This document shows positions 17,732 through 27,796 of a DNA stretch of 64,000 nt, piece after piece; position 1 is the stretch's first letter, and each line of letters opens with the position of its first letter. Under the pieces are notes generated by a model that was not told the origin of the DNA, did no database searches, and worked only from the letters and a program-made list of their open reading frames with translations. Both the position numbers and the translations under genes were made by a program. Origin of the DNA: a virus (lineage: Duplodnaviria; Caudoviricetes). Where the stretch lies: the IMG/VR virus record IMGVR_UViG_3300027917_004314. The stretch is one strand, 5' to 3'.

Positions 17732-20700
17732 ATGGTAACTTTTAAAAGCTTTGATAACATTGTCCTTGACATGGTGCAACAACTTAGGTTAACACAGCCT
17801 AGTTTGGATACCAAACCTGCAACGGTGGCCAGAGATCTTATGATTGATCTGCAGGCACAACAAGTGTCAGAAATCTATGAGGCACTTAGAGAAATTGCCG
17901 CATTACAATCGATTTCTAATGTTACTGGGCAAGACCTCACAAACTATGCATCCAACTATGGTGTTACTAGACAAAGCGGAACGAAAGCAATAGGAACTGT
18001 TGTTTTTACATTCAAAAACATAGACTCAGATATTACCATTTCTGCCGGCACTTTGGTGAGGACAGCAAACGGCCTTCCATTTTCAACTGTTTCCGCAATC
18101 AACATAACCACCTCCCAAGCAAATTCATTGCGCGCCACCGCCACACGACTGCGCGATCGGTTAAATACGGCTGGTATTACAGATGAATTTGCTGTAGAAG
18201 CTTCTGTGGAAGCAAACAGCGCTGGTTCAATCGGCAACATTGCTTCTTATTCTATTACACTTACAAATGCGAGTGATGCTAATAATGTTACAAACTTATC
18301 TTCATTTACTGGCGGTTCAAATTTAGAAAGTGACGCTGCGCTAAGGTCGCGTATTCTCGCAGCATTTGCTGGCACAAACGTAGGTACAGCTGTTGGTTAT
18401 AGAAGTATAGTATTGAATCTTGCTAGTTCTATAGATGCCCTGGTAGTTGAGCCCGGTGATCCATTGATGACAAGGGATGGCACGGTTACTGTTGTAGATT
18501 CTAATGGGACTGTGACTGTATCAGAACCCGGAACAGGAGGTAGGGTTGATATCTATATCATGGGAGAAAACCTGCAATCTGCTACAGATAGCTTCGTCTT
18601 CAATGACTTAAGTGGCAGAGGAGACCCTACGGATTCCAATAATGATTTTATTATGGGTCAAAGCAGCTTGACTGCTGATACTAGTTTAACACTAAATTCT
18701 AGAAGGGTAGCAACCTTGTCTGAGGGTGCAGAGATACCAACACAACCGGTGTCTAATATAGTATCAGTTAGTGGCAGTTCCTCTGGTCCTAATTTTGTAG
18801 AACAATATACTGACTCGGCAGGAAACCTACAAGGGAATTATGCATTAGTTAAAGATACTGGCGCAGCTGGTGGTAGCCCATTTGGTTTAGACAAATTTGT
18901 ATGGACTTCTGATCGAATAGAACTAGAAGGAGAGTCGGCTGTAAAAGGAGAATATAATAGCATTGACGAACTTACTTTTACAGATATATTAAAAGTTGGA
19001 GCTATAGACCAAGAGGTCCAGGTTACCAATGAAAATTCGTCTGTTTCAGCCTCTAACAGAAGTTATATAACTGTCAGCCACACGCCTGTTAAAACTGTAA
19101 CCAGAGTTTTTAATCTAACGACTGGCGAGAGGTATACAATTATCGATCAGAATCCAGATGGTTCTGGTAGCACAAATACTACTGGACGGGTTCAAATTAG
19201 TGGCAGAACACTGCCAACGGCTAGTGATATATTACAGGTTGACTATATTTGGGTTTTTCCACATGACCAATATGTTGACTTCGATAATTTTGACCCAAGA
19301 GATACGCTAGATGAAGCACAAGATTCGGTAGAGTGGGGATTCTCAAACTACATTAGAGACGAAATTACAACGGCGGTGCTAGATTCGTACAATAATCTGA
19401 CAGTCACTACTACATATCCGATTAGTCGTATACTTTCCGTTAATACCTATGAAACGGAAGTGGCTGTAGTAAGTTCTCAGAGCACCATGACAGTGTCAAA
19501 GGCTGTGAGCAACATACACAGCATCACAGATACGACACTATCTGGAAATCCTGAAATTTATAATACAAGCGCAGGCGATGGCAGTTATTCAAATTTGGTA
19601 ATTACTTTGCCAACCGACACCATAGCGGAGTCTGGGGATTCTGCTACTGTGATATATAATTTGGTAGATATTTCAGATGTAGATGGATATGATGTTGCTA
19701 CCGCCTTGAACAATGTTATCACCCTCAATCCTTATACCGTCGTGTCGACTGGGACAAGTGTAAGAGTCAATTATGTAGCAGATTTCCTTAATATAATGCC
19801 AACTACCAACATATCGGCGCTTCCTGTGTCAACTGATGGATTTAATTCTTTTCTTGACGTTGGTGGTTACCAGCCGGTACAGAACACCTATTCGGGTAGT
19901 ACGGTAGTAACAAATCAGAGAAGGTCGCCTAGCAATCTGAGTGTAACTACCTCTAGCATACCGGATAGCGGTACGCTTAGGATTGTCGGTACAACAATTA
20001 ATAAGGTTACAGATGCCGTATTTACTTCGACGTCAACAAATTTGGATTTCTCAGTTCCAATTAGAGTTTCAGAAGGCTTGTCAACTAGCGCCATCATTCC
20101 TAGCACAATATATATAGCCAGGATTGTGTCACTAGAAGAGGTAACATTATCTACTTCAAATGAGGTGCAGACTGTTGTCACAGACTACGATCTTACCAAC
20201 TATGCAATTAAGAATTCTCGATGGGATCGGGCCAATGCTATAGAACAAACCGCTCTATTGGCAACAAGGGCGCTTTTAACATCAACGGAGACTAATACCG
20301 GCAGTCCGATTCGTACAGGTACGATTCTACGTGCTACTTTCTATTATGCCAAACAAAATGATTCAGAGGATTTATTTTACTCGCGAAATGGCACGGCTAT
20401 CACAGATAAAAGATTTGGGGCTGTGTCTTCGATTAGTAGAATAGCCGGCTTCCAAAATTCTAGCGGCACCGTCAGCGGCAGAGTCTTAATAGATTCTTTT
20501 AACCAGCCACTACCCAATATAACATACCTTGTCGATTATGATTATACAGCCCCGAAAGAAAATGAGAGAATTACAATAAATTTCGAATACAATAAATTAA
20601 TTGTAGATGCAACACAAGCTGTAGAAAATGGCCGCCCCATTACTGCCGATGTTCTAAGCAAAGCGGCCACAAAAATAGAGCTGGACGTAGAGGCCGTTAT

Positions 20701-20971
20701 TATTGTATTAGACAGTTTTAGTAACAAAGAAACAACGGTACAACAAGATGTTACAAACAACATTTCTGCTACGCTAAATGCGTCGGCGCTTGGAACAACG
20801 CTAGATAAATCTGACATTTCTGCTAACGCATATAATGTGGCCGGATTGGATAGGATAAGAATCACCAGGTTTAACAAAACTGGTGTTTTAGGAACTGTAC
20901 TCAGTGTAACTGCGCAAAAAAGTGAATATCTGGCGGCCGGAACGGTTACCGTTACTGTGGAGGAACGTTAA
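17732..20971 (+). CDS. Baseplate J-like wedge protein with large internal insertion
   Basis: YGVTRQSGTKAIGTVVFT, GSIGN, GGSNLESDAALRSRI, RVDIYI (N-core) and RPITADV...VAGLDRI...EYLAAGTVTV (C-core) are baseplate-J motifs. Confidence 0.85.
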   Translation: MVTFKSFDNIVLDMVQQLRLTQPSLDTKPATVARDLMIDLQAQQVSEIYEALREIAALQSISNVTGQDLTNYASNYGVTRQSGTKAIGTVVFTFKNIDSDITISAGTLVRTANGLPFSTVSAINITTSQANSLRATATRLRDRLNTAGITDEFAVEASVEANSAGSIGNIASYSITLTNASDANNVTNLSSFTGGSNLESDAALRSRILAAFAGTNVGTAVGYRSIVLNLASSIDALVVEPGDPLMTRDGTVTVVDSNGTVTVSEPGTGGRVDIYIMGENLQSATDSFVFNDLSGRGDPTDSNNDFIMGQSSLTADTSLTLNSRRVATLSEGAEIPTQPVSNIVSVSGSSSGPNFVEQYTDSAGNLQGNYALVKDTGAAGGSPFGLDKFVWTSDRIELEGESAVKGEYNSIDELTFTDILKVGAIDQEVQVTNENSSVSASNRSYITVSHTPVKTVTRVFNLTTGERYTIIDQNPDGSGSTNTTGRVQISGRTLPTASDILQVDYIWVFPHDQYVDFDNFDPRDTLDEAQDSVEWGFSNYIRDEITTAVLDSYNNLTVTTTYPISRILSVNTYETEVAVVSSQSTMTVSKAVSNIHSITDTTLSGNPEIYNTSAGDGSYSNLVITLPTDTIAESGDSATVIYNLVDISDVDGYDVATALNNVITLNPYTVVSTGTSVRVNYVADFLNIMPTTNISALPVSTDGFNSFLDVGGYQPVQNTYSGSTVVTNQRRSPSNLSVTTSSIPDSGTLRIVGTTINKVTDAVFTSTSTNLDFSVPIRVSEGLSTSAIIPSTIYIARIVSLEEVTLSTSNEVQTVVTDYDLTNYAIKNSRWDRANAIEQTALLATRALLTSTETNTGSPIRTGTILRATFYYAKQNDSEDLFYSRNGTAITDKRFGAVSSISRIAGFQNSSGTVSGRVLIDSFNQPLPNITYLVDYDYTAPKENERITINFEYNKLIVDATQAVENGRPITADVLSKAATKIELDVEAVIIVLDSFSNKETTVQQDVTNNISATLNASALGTTLDKSDISANAYNVAGLDRIRITRFNKTGVLGTVLSVTAQKSEYLAAGTVTVTVEER

Positions 20972-23900
20972 TGGCTAATAACCTGCGCATTCAAAGACTG
21001 GCGGTTAAAAGTAGCACTTTATTAGAGTTGTCTTTTAACTACCCTTTGGATTCTGGTATAGGAATTAACAACATAACAATCGAGGGTGCTAGCGGTGGCA
21101 CCAGTGATGCAACCATTTTATCAGTATCTGTATCTACAAACATCTTAAGTATTAGTGTCAGGCCACTTATACCAAGGGCGCATTATAAACTTACTGTGCG
21201 GTCTACGTCTTCTCAAACAGTCACTGGCGTGCATGGGCAACCATTTCTTGAGGATGGTGCCACAAATGTTGTATTTTTTGTTGGACAGCAAGAAGAAAAT
21301 GTTGTTAGAGATGATATTCTTGGAGAGCTTAATAATGGCATTTACAACACTGATGAGGGGACGTTAATTTTTGATACAATCGACGCCGGAGCGAAAGAGA
21401 TTTTAGTTAACGGGCAAATCGCCGGTGAAGTGCGAAGCGCTAATTATGTCTCCATTGAAGTAGCAGACGAAATATTGACGAGAGGAGAAGGCCCATTTGA
21501 CAGGTTTGCCAATGAGAGTGTTTTTCAAGTGTTAAGGGTTGGTTCCACGTCCACCGGAGCATCTGCTGCAGCCTCCATATCTTTTGCCGAATTTCCGTCT
21601 GATCCTGTTAGTTTACAAAGGGTATTGGTTGAAGACGAAGAGGTGTCAAACACATCTAATGATGCGAACAGTTTTGTTGGGTTAGATATTAGTTTGTCAA
21701 AAAGTCCTGTTATTCAGCTAACATCTCTTACTTTAACTAGAGATACAACTACATATACATATGATATTAGCGCCTATAAATATGGTGTAAAAGAAAGTAA
21801 ATATGATACAGATAACTCATATCAAGCTATAGATCTCGATGATAATCAAATTAGATTAAGTAGCGCGGCTGTTGGACCAACATTCCCATTCCCACAAGGC
21901 AGCGATACAATTACTGCATCGTATTACTATAAAAGGGAAGGTAGGATTGTAGAGTCAGACACTGTAGAGGTATACACTCCGGTTGATATTGTAAGGGAAT
22001 CAGTACCCGCTGTATCAGTGGCATTTACACTTGGCAACGCGCCAATCATTAATAGTGCTGGTGACATCCCAACTTTGAACGGCGTTACCTGGCTTGATCC
22101 CGGACAGAATTTTGATCCAACAAAAAAGCATGCTGCCTTTACAACAGAACTAATTTACAACACATCAAACTTACCTAAGGCGCCAGGCGAATACTCAGTA
22201 AACTACTCAACAGGTCAGGTTATAGTCTTTGGAGTAGACGGCAGTGGCGTAGATGGTACAACTGTAACGCCGCCGGTAGCATCTTATAAATATAAAAAAG
22301 TTTTTCAAGAAGGTTTGGATTATAGATTTTTCTCAGACATAAATGAAATAGCATCACTGCCAGGCAGAGACCTTCGAGATGGTCCCGGAACTGTTGCATT
22401 TGAATATGAAGATACGTTTGCAGATGGCTCAGATTTTGAATTTTCTTCCCACATCGAGGTTATTGATGAGAGAGTTAATAACAATTTAATTGATACAATA
22501 GGATTGAAAACTACTTATAGCCCTGTAAGAGAAGTGTTTAGAATATTTAATGAAACAACCGGCGAAATCTATACTACCACAAGGATAAATGGAAATGAGG
22601 TATATTTTTCTTCTGTGAGCCCACCAAACACTGTAGATGTCTCTCGTGAAAGAGTCGAGTTTGATCAAGTAATTCAATCGCAATTGGTAGTTACAGATGA
22701 ACTTACCATAGCTGGTAAAGCATTTGTTGCTTTTAGGATACTATTTACTGATTCAGATATTATGTCCGCATCTGGTAGTTTTATCGGGGCAAGTTTTAAC
22801 AGCTCTTTAACGTTTTCTGACACCACGATATTCGAAGATGAGTTCTTTTATGACCCAAACGACACCGTAAACGAAAATTTAGCGAGACTGCAGAACGTTG
22901 GCGATTATATGGTTAATTATGAGTCTGGTATTGTATATGTAGCTGCCACTTCTGGATCCAGCACAGCTGTTGGTGATGCATCATATCGTCGCGGCAAAAT
23001 TAAAACCAGAAACGACCATATTATCCGTGTCGACGATGTGTATAGAAGCGCAAGTGTGACAGCTGCAAACACCGAAACTATGACTGTTGGTACGGTTAGT
23101 GATACCACGGTAGATATTACAAATCTGTCTCATGTGGGTGAGCGCACTGTAGATGGCGCCACTATTGACGTTTCTAGCACTTCAACTATAACGGTAAGTT
23201 CAGATATATTCAGATTGTCGCATGTCTATCAGGTTACAGATTTGCAAACCAGATGTGATCCGATAGATTTTGCAGAAAGTGCTGTTGTTTCTTCTGGCAC
23301 TCCAACTGTAGTTACATTGGATGAATATGGTGTGGCAATTACGGATGATAATTACGGATCCGGCTTGTTGGTGAAAACTGCCGGGTCTAGAGAATATGTG
23401 GAAGCCGAAAGAATATCAACAATGTTTGCTGCAGGCCTAGCAACATTGGTTTCAGCCATTAGTGTGAATCCTCTAGATGATACGACCAATTACTATTCGC
23501 AAGGCGCCGACGGATACATTGATGCTGTAACTAATAGGATTTATTTGCCGACAGGGTCTGGTATCGCTGGCAGTTTGGTGGAAGCCACATATAAGGTAGC
23601 TTTACGCCCCGGCGCGTCCGTATTGGTAGACTATATTACAGGCGAGATGTTTATAGATTATACGTATACTACTGATGAAATATTAATTAGCTACGAATAT
23701 GGGGATAATGTATTGGATTGGAGTATCTCAGATTCCCTGAGTTCTGGTACTGAATATTATGTGACCTATAGATATGGTGCGCTGAGGCAACCATTGGTGG
23801 ATAATTTTGGGGTTTTAACCAGTCTGGAAGAGCTAGCTACCATACCAGATGCATTAGATAGAGAAACTTATCGTAATGCTGTATCTGGCTCACTCCAATC

Positions 23901-26900
23901 ATTTATTAAAGGGCCAACAATTCCGGCTATAGAATTGTTGGTCGAGGCTTTTACACAGATAACCCCCAACATTACCGAATCTGTTTTCTTAGAGTGGATT
24001 TTGGGCAGAGATTCTCTACACTTAATGGAAATGGAATTATCTGCTGATAGCGACGATGATTTGCCGACCTATGCTCCTGGCAAGTTTGGCAACGGTTTGC
24101 TGCTAAACAAAGCGGGACAAACGGCTACAATTCCAGCTAATTCTAATATAAGTTTCCGCGAGGGTACGTGGGAGGCTTTTGTAACCCCAGAGTGGAAGGG
24201 GATAGATAATGATGCTACTCTGACATTTGATATACTTTTTGATGGACAAGAGCGCCTCAATAATATATTTATCGGAGCAGACGCCGCTAACCCAACAGAG
24301 ATTCCGTTCTCGTTGGATAGCACTGACCCAAGCGTGCTGGGTAGACCCAGCAATTTACATTCAGCAACTGGATATTTCATTTGGTTTGACACGTCAGCAA
24401 GCAAATGGCGCATGCGTAATAGGGCTCCCATATCTGAAAGCCGTTTGTTTTCTGGCAGGATTACAACTTCAGGCGAGTTCCATGACGTAAAAGTTGCTAG
24501 TACTGCAGATGGTTACGATGGATATGACGGCTATGAGATAAATGAAATAAACGATTCTCTAAGATCGACAAACGAAACTATCAGATTTAGTTTTGTCGTA
24601 GACGGATATGATTCACTTAACATGGCGTTTGATGCCTATGACGCGTATAATGGAGATATTGCAGGGTTTGATGGAATAGATTTTACATCGGACGATATAC
24701 ATTATTTCTTTGATACCGGATATTTAGCGAACAGGTGTCGTATGTCATTGTACAAAGATGGCAAGGGGTTTCTTCGTTATAGAGTTTATGACGGCATTGG
24801 CCGCGTCAAAATGTTAAGTCACAACATTAATGATTGGGGTCTTAACGAAACTCACCACATTGCAACGTCATGGAAAATAGGCACTATAGAAATGAAAGAC
24901 GAGTTACACTTATTTGTGGATGGCGAAGAAGTTCCTAATACATATAGATTTAGTGGTTATTTAAGCGTGCCGGGTAGCTCGACACTATATATGGATGAGG
25001 CTTCAGAAATTCTAATTAGCTCTGTATCCAGCCCAACAATAGGTGGCATTGATCTTTCCACCACATCTGGGTCTGATATTGTATCATCTGTTGGTTCGGA
25101 TTTCAGTTCGGTGACGGTTGGTAGCAGATTTTTGATTCTAGATAGTACTGCTGATGGCGTTGCCACACAAACATCGCCGTATGTTTATGTGAGATCCATA
25201 CCGAGCCCAACATCTCTGCAACTGGAGACGGGCCCACCAGGGTCTGGGACACCATACAATGCGGTTTCAACTTTAGACGATGTAAGATTTTCTGTGAACC
25301 CGCTTACTTTAGAAACAGTAAGTGACCCCGAAATAGAAAGAATAAGAGTATTTGAGTTAGACACTGGCGGACTTGAAACAGAGCTTTATTCGCCATCAAC
25401 GCTAACTCCGGATTACGGATTTACAGAAGATGGATACAACGATATAGTTAATATTTATAACGGTTTGGCCGTAGGTTCGAGCGTAGTGTTGAAAACTTAT
25501 GGTCTAAACATCCAACGATGCATCAATTATGCGTATGTTTGGCCAGACAGATTGACAAATTTGCTAAATGTTGTGACACCTCCGCCAACAGCTATTTCTA
25601 AAATTAATGTCACCAATTTAATAACTAGGCGAACATCTGTTGGTTTGGGCACATTCGCTCTGATAGCGACTATAGTGGGTGGACACATAGTACCTGTGTT
25701 GACGTCAAACCTGGAGTTTTGTCAACCATCTAATACCATAACTGGCAGAAGACTTACGGCAACATTGTCTGGGGATAATATTAGTTTCTCTGGACTCAAT
25801 CGGATATTTATTATCGGATCAACGTCAGATGGCTATGGCTTAGAAACTATAACCTTTACATCTACTGGTAAACAAACAACTACCGGTTATTTCACAGAAA
25901 TTACAGATATTATAGCATCATTTACACCTATAGATTCTAGCAGAGATGCCGGAAGCGTTGAAATTCGAGAAGCCGTCCCTATAAATTGGCAAGAAAATGA
26001 TGGCTATTATGCAGAAATACATCTGTCAGTACGGGAGCAGAATGGCATTAACGGCACCGCCACAGTAGGAACTGGCAGGGTAAGAGACGTTTCTGCTAGA
26101 TTTGGGGAAGAAGATATTGGTAAAACTTTCAATATAGATTCGCCTGGTTCTATTGCTGGTGTATACACAGTACAAGATGTCCCACTAGATCCATCTGGCA
26201 CAGTAAAAGACTCAGATACGGTAATTTTGGACACAACGTGGGGGGATGGATATTCTAGCATTCAATGGCGGCTACTTACCACTTCCTATGGTGACAGTGG
26301 TTTTGCCAACGGACTGCTCACTTTTGAGACTGTTGGCACAGGCGGAGATCCATTTTTGCTTAGAAGTTGTTGGTACGAGGTAGACCACCCTGCATTTCTG
26401 ATTATTCCGTGGGATCAAATCCCAGATAAAATATATGTCGGCTCTGACATGAATGGAGAAAACCAGGCAAACGCAGTTATAGACGAGATGCGTATATTAG
26501 ATGAGCTGTCGGTTGACACTGGCCTTGGGGAATCTGCACCAAGTTCCGGAAGGTCCATAACAACAGATTCTTTGGTAGTGGAGGAATTTACGGAAACAAC
26601 TCAAACGCTCGGATTATTCCATTTCAATGATGACGTTACAAATAGCGCTGATTTCTGGTCCAGTTTTTCTGGCTCGTACAGACAAAGCGAAAACAGCGTT
26701 AATAGCAATTTTGAGCAATCTGGGGTGTTTATTTATAATCAGCCACTACAGTATGATAACGCATCCATTTTTAACAATGATGAGGGCACGATTGAATTTT
26801 GGATTAGTCCAATTTTGGACGGGTATAACGACCCGACAATTAGATACTATGTAGATTTGTCACCAGATTTGCAAGCTGCAGCGACGGCAGTTTCGGCGTT

Positions 26901-27783
26901 GATAGTACCACTACCGTCTAGGGCCAGATCAGTAAGCTCTGTAACTATAACGGGCAGTGATACCAACTATTTCACGAATGGTAGCCTATCTGCAGATGGC
27001 AATACTGTCACTCTTGGGCAGCCACTTCCAGGAAATGTCCGTGATGTTACAGTTACATTTGTGCCGATAACCAGTCAGGGAGATAGATTTAGCATTTTTA
27101 AAAATGCAGCTAATTCTTTAATACTACGCGTAATTGCTTCCGGAATCACATATCAGATTACAGTGCCGATATTCTGGAAAAAGAATACGTGGCATAGAGT
27201 TTTCGTGGGTTGGGATCTGAACAATTTAGATAATCAGGATAGACTTATTATGTTGGTAGATGGAATGGAAACCGGGACTGCCCAGTATAGCAGTGACTCT
27301 GTCGTGCTAGGCTCCAGCAAGGTAGGGACTCGGGCTGCTAGAAACATTATGACTGACATTAACCTTGTTGATTCATTTAATACGGTTAATATTGGCGCTG
27401 ATTTTGCGGGTCAATACTCGGCATTGGCAAGAATTGATAATATGAGATTTTCTAGTGAGTTAAGAACAGTTACATATCTGGGTGGTGAAGGACCAGGTCA
27501 ACTACTGGGAAGAGATTTAATATATACAAGTAATACTGATACAGCACAACCAGTTGTTAGTGATGCGCTTACACGATTGTTATTAGATTTTGACACTACG
27601 CAGACCGAAGTAGAAAATCTAATCACTATAAGAAATGCTACTACTGGCATATTCGACTTTTTTGTAGAAGTTATCGATACGTTTAGCCTTGCAGATACGC
27701 AACTGGCGCACGATTTGATTGAAGCACTAATTAATAGGATAAAGCCGGCTCACACCAGAGCTTTTGTGAGCTTTACGAAATAG
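20971..27783 (+). CDS. Giant baseplate wedge (gp7/gpI-like) protein with LamG/ConA-like domains
   Basis: 2270 aa; wedge core (LVDNFG..., RETYRNAV...GPTIPAIE) and terminal INRIKPAHT; LamG signatures GTWEAFVTP/HHIATSW/LFVDG/IDEMRI and GTIEFWISP/WHRVFVGW/LVDG/IDNMRFS. Confidence 0.7.
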   Translation: MANNLRIQRLAVKSSTLLELSFNYPLDSGIGINNITIEGASGGTSDATILSVSVSTNILSISVRPLIPRAHYKLTVRSTSSQTVTGVHGQPFLEDGATNVVFFVGQQEENVVRDDILGELNNGIYNTDEGTLIFDTIDAGAKEILVNGQIAGEVRSANYVSIEVADEILTRGEGPFDRFANESVFQVLRVGSTSTGASAAASISFAEFPSDPVSLQRVLVEDEEVSNTSNDANSFVGLDISLSKSPVIQLTSLTLTRDTTTYTYDISAYKYGVKESKYDTDNSYQAIDLDDNQIRLSSAAVGPTFPFPQGSDTITASYYYKREGRIVESDTVEVYTPVDIVRESVPAVSVAFTLGNAPIINSAGDIPTLNGVTWLDPGQNFDPTKKHAAFTTELIYNTSNLPKAPGEYSVNYSTGQVIVFGVDGSGVDGTTVTPPVASYKYKKVFQEGLDYRFFSDINEIASLPGRDLRDGPGTVAFEYEDTFADGSDFEFSSHIEVIDERVNNNLIDTIGLKTTYSPVREVFRIFNETTGEIYTTTRINGNEVYFSSVSPPNTVDVSRERVEFDQVIQSQLVVTDELTIAGKAFVAFRILFTDSDIMSASGSFIGASFNSSLTFSDTTIFEDEFFYDPNDTVNENLARLQNVGDYMVNYESGIVYVAATSGSSTAVGDASYRRGKIKTRNDHIIRVDDVYRSASVTAANTETMTVGTVSDTTVDITNLSHVGERTVDGATIDVSSTSTITVSSDIFRLSHVYQVTDLQTRCDPIDFAESAVVSSGTPTVVTLDEYGVAITDDNYGSGLLVKTAGSREYVEAERISTMFAAGLATLVSAISVNPLDDTTNYYSQGADGYIDAVTNRIYLPTGSGIAGSLVEATYKVALRPGASVLVDYITGEMFIDYTYTTDEILISYEYGDNVLDWSISDSLSSGTEYYVTYRYGALRQPLVDNFGVLTSLEELATIPDALDRETYRNAVSGSLQSFIKGPTIPAIELLVEAFTQITPNITESVFLEWILGRDSLHLMEMELSADSDDDLPTYAPGKFGNGLLLNKAGQTATIPANSNISFREGTWEAFVTPEWKGIDNDATLTFDILFDGQERLNNIFIGADAANPTEIPFSLDSTDPSVLGRPSNLHSATGYFIWFDTSASKWRMRNRAPISESRLFSGRITTSGEFHDVKVASTADGYDGYDGYEINEINDSLRSTNETIRFSFVVDGYDSLNMAFDAYDAYNGDIAGFDGIDFTSDDIHYFFDTGYLANRCRMSLYKDGKGFLRYRVYDGIGRVKMLSHNINDWGLNETHHIATSWKIGTIEMKDELHLFVDGEEVPNTYRFSGYLSVPGSSTLYMDEASEILISSVSSPTIGGIDLSTTSGSDIVSSVGSDFSSVTVGSRFLILDSTADGVATQTSPYVYVRSIPSPTSLQLETGPPGSGTPYNAVSTLDDVRFSVNPLTLETVSDPEIERIRVFELDTGGLETELYSPSTLTPDYGFTEDGYNDIVNIYNGLAVGSSVVLKTYGLNIQRCINYAYVWPDRLTNLLNVVTPPPTAISKINVTNLITRRTSVGLGTFALIATIVGGHIVPVLTSNLEFCQPSNTITGRRLTATLSGDNISFSGLNRIFIIGSTSDGYGLETITFTSTGKQTTTGYFTEITDIIASFTPIDSSRDAGSVEIREAVPINWQENDGYYAEIHLSVREQNGINGTATVGTGRVRDVSARFGEEDIGKTFNIDSPGSIAGVYTVQDVPLDPSGTVKDSDTVILDTTWGDGYSSIQWRLLTTSYGDSGFANGLLTFETVGTGGDPFLLRSCWYEVDHPAFLIIPWDQIPDKIYVGSDMNGENQANAVIDEMRILDELSVDTGLGESAPSSGRSITTDSLVVEEFTETTQTLGLFHFNDDVTNSADFWSSFSGSYRQSENSVNSNFEQSGVFIYNQPLQYDNASIFNNDEGTIEFWISPILDGYNDPTIRYYVDLSPDLQAAATAVSALIVPLPSRARSVSSVTITGSDTNYFTNGSLSADGNTVTLGQPLPGNVRDVTVTFVPITSQGDRFSIFKNAANSLILRVIASGITYQITVPIFWKKNTWHRVFVGWDLNNLDNQDRLIMLVDGMETGTAQYSSDSVVLGSSKVGTRAARNIMTDINLVDSFNTVNIGADFAGQYSALARIDNMRFSSELRTVTYLGGEGPGQLLGRDLIYTSNTDTAQPVVSDALTRLLLDFDTTQTEVENLITIRNATTGIFDFFVEVIDTFSLADTQLAHDLIEALINRIKPAHTRAFVSFTK

Positions 27784-27796
27784 GAGGAATTTTCTC

